A DNA stretch of 64,000 bases from Eledone cirrhosa (lineage: Eukaryota), in the NCBI GenBank assembly GCA_964016885.1, contig OZ024741.1, positions 279,682,001-279,746,000 on the forward strand. The letters are read 5' to 3'. The notes beneath the pieces are model-generated. The model was given only the letters and a program-made list of their open reading frames with translations, made no database searches and was not told where the DNA came from. Shown one piece after another: positions 63,130-64,000 of this stretch. Position 1 is the first letter of the stretch, and the number at the start of each line of letters is the position of its first letter. The position numbers were made by a program, and so were the translations under genes.

Positions 63130-64000
63130 GTAGTATTGGAGCTGTGATCACTCAGTTCGGAAAAGTAGCAGCTCTATCTGGAGCAACTCTCTGATCTCTT
63201 GAGCTACGCACTTTATTGAGTAACATTACTCTAAAGACCCTTCGGAGGAATCCCATTTTGGCCGCTTGTATTGACGATCATATTCTTTCAGTCATTACCC
63301 AAGATTCATGACCAGAAGTAAGGGTTAGCATGAATGTCAAATTGAAGGTAGAGAGTTTGGCTTTTACGCCTACCTACCTTCTTCTGATTACTGAATGCTG
63401 AAGCACATTACTCCTACAATTCCTGCACTTAATTCAGTCTCCTGCCTTGCATCACTCATAAACATGGTTCTGAGATACCTGCTTCAGTGGAACTCCATTT
63501 GTATGTAGAGTGCACTGCACAGGCTTCCTTTAGAGGATGAGTGTCTCAGTTTTTGCAGCACTTGGCATCAAACCTATTGAGTGCTAGTCGGAGATCACCT
63601 TCTGTCGAGTTAAGTAACACTATGTCTTCTGTAAATTCTAGCCAACTGATTTCACACCCACCTGTCATGCTACTATTTCCAATCTGGCTGCATATGTCAA
63701 TCCTGTTCATGTAAAAAATGAACAGGAGAGGTGACAGTGTGCACACTTGGTGGAGTCAGACTCCCACATTGAATGGTTTTGATTCAGCACCATTTATCCA
63801 AACACTAATACTTGGGCATTCGAATAGACATCAGGGCAGCAAGAAACTGACCATTGATCTACAGCAGATCCTGAGGAAAGCAGTCATATGTCTTTTCAAG
63901 GTCAACAAAACAAGAATATACCTCTTAGCAATACTTCCACGATTTCTCGAAGACCTGCAGCAGTGTGAATATTTGGTTGGTTGTGCTGTGTCCAGGGCAA
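63130..64000 (-). mobile_element. Degraded RTE LINE of a third family (Rex3/Expander-like)
   Basis: Minus translations TLSPLLFIFYMNRI..EFTEDIVLL and KAKLSTF..TLTSGHESWVMTERI*SSIQAAKMGFLRRV; runs off the right edge. Confidence 0.8.

Overview
This is a eukaryotic (animal) window with no host gene that I can support. It is AT-rich and microsatellite-rich, and its SINE/LINE repertoire resembles what I recall from octopus/cephalopod genomes (inference, not verified). Bases 1-20400 are a 29-bp purine-rich satellite containing TTAGG, with kb-scale higher-order duplications. The other ~44 kb is a nested transposon graveyard. It is dominated by one RTE-clade LINE family (9 coding copies plus many 3'UTR-only copies) that carries a C4HC3 PHD finger inside its reverse transcriptase, ends in (GAT)n and sits almost always in (TA)n tracts. 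One copy is 5'-inverted (twin-priming-like). The longest copy is split by a non-coding LTR element with an over-long tRNA-Trp primer-binding site that has a substitution exactly at tRNA position 58. Also present are a DD37D (maT) mariner remnant, a Tc2-like element, tRNA-derived SINEs, and several TA-flanked fold-back elements carrying minimal type-I hammerhead ribozyme motifs (Penelope-like pLTR remnants). All coordinates were read by eye; the ends of degraded elements are approximate.
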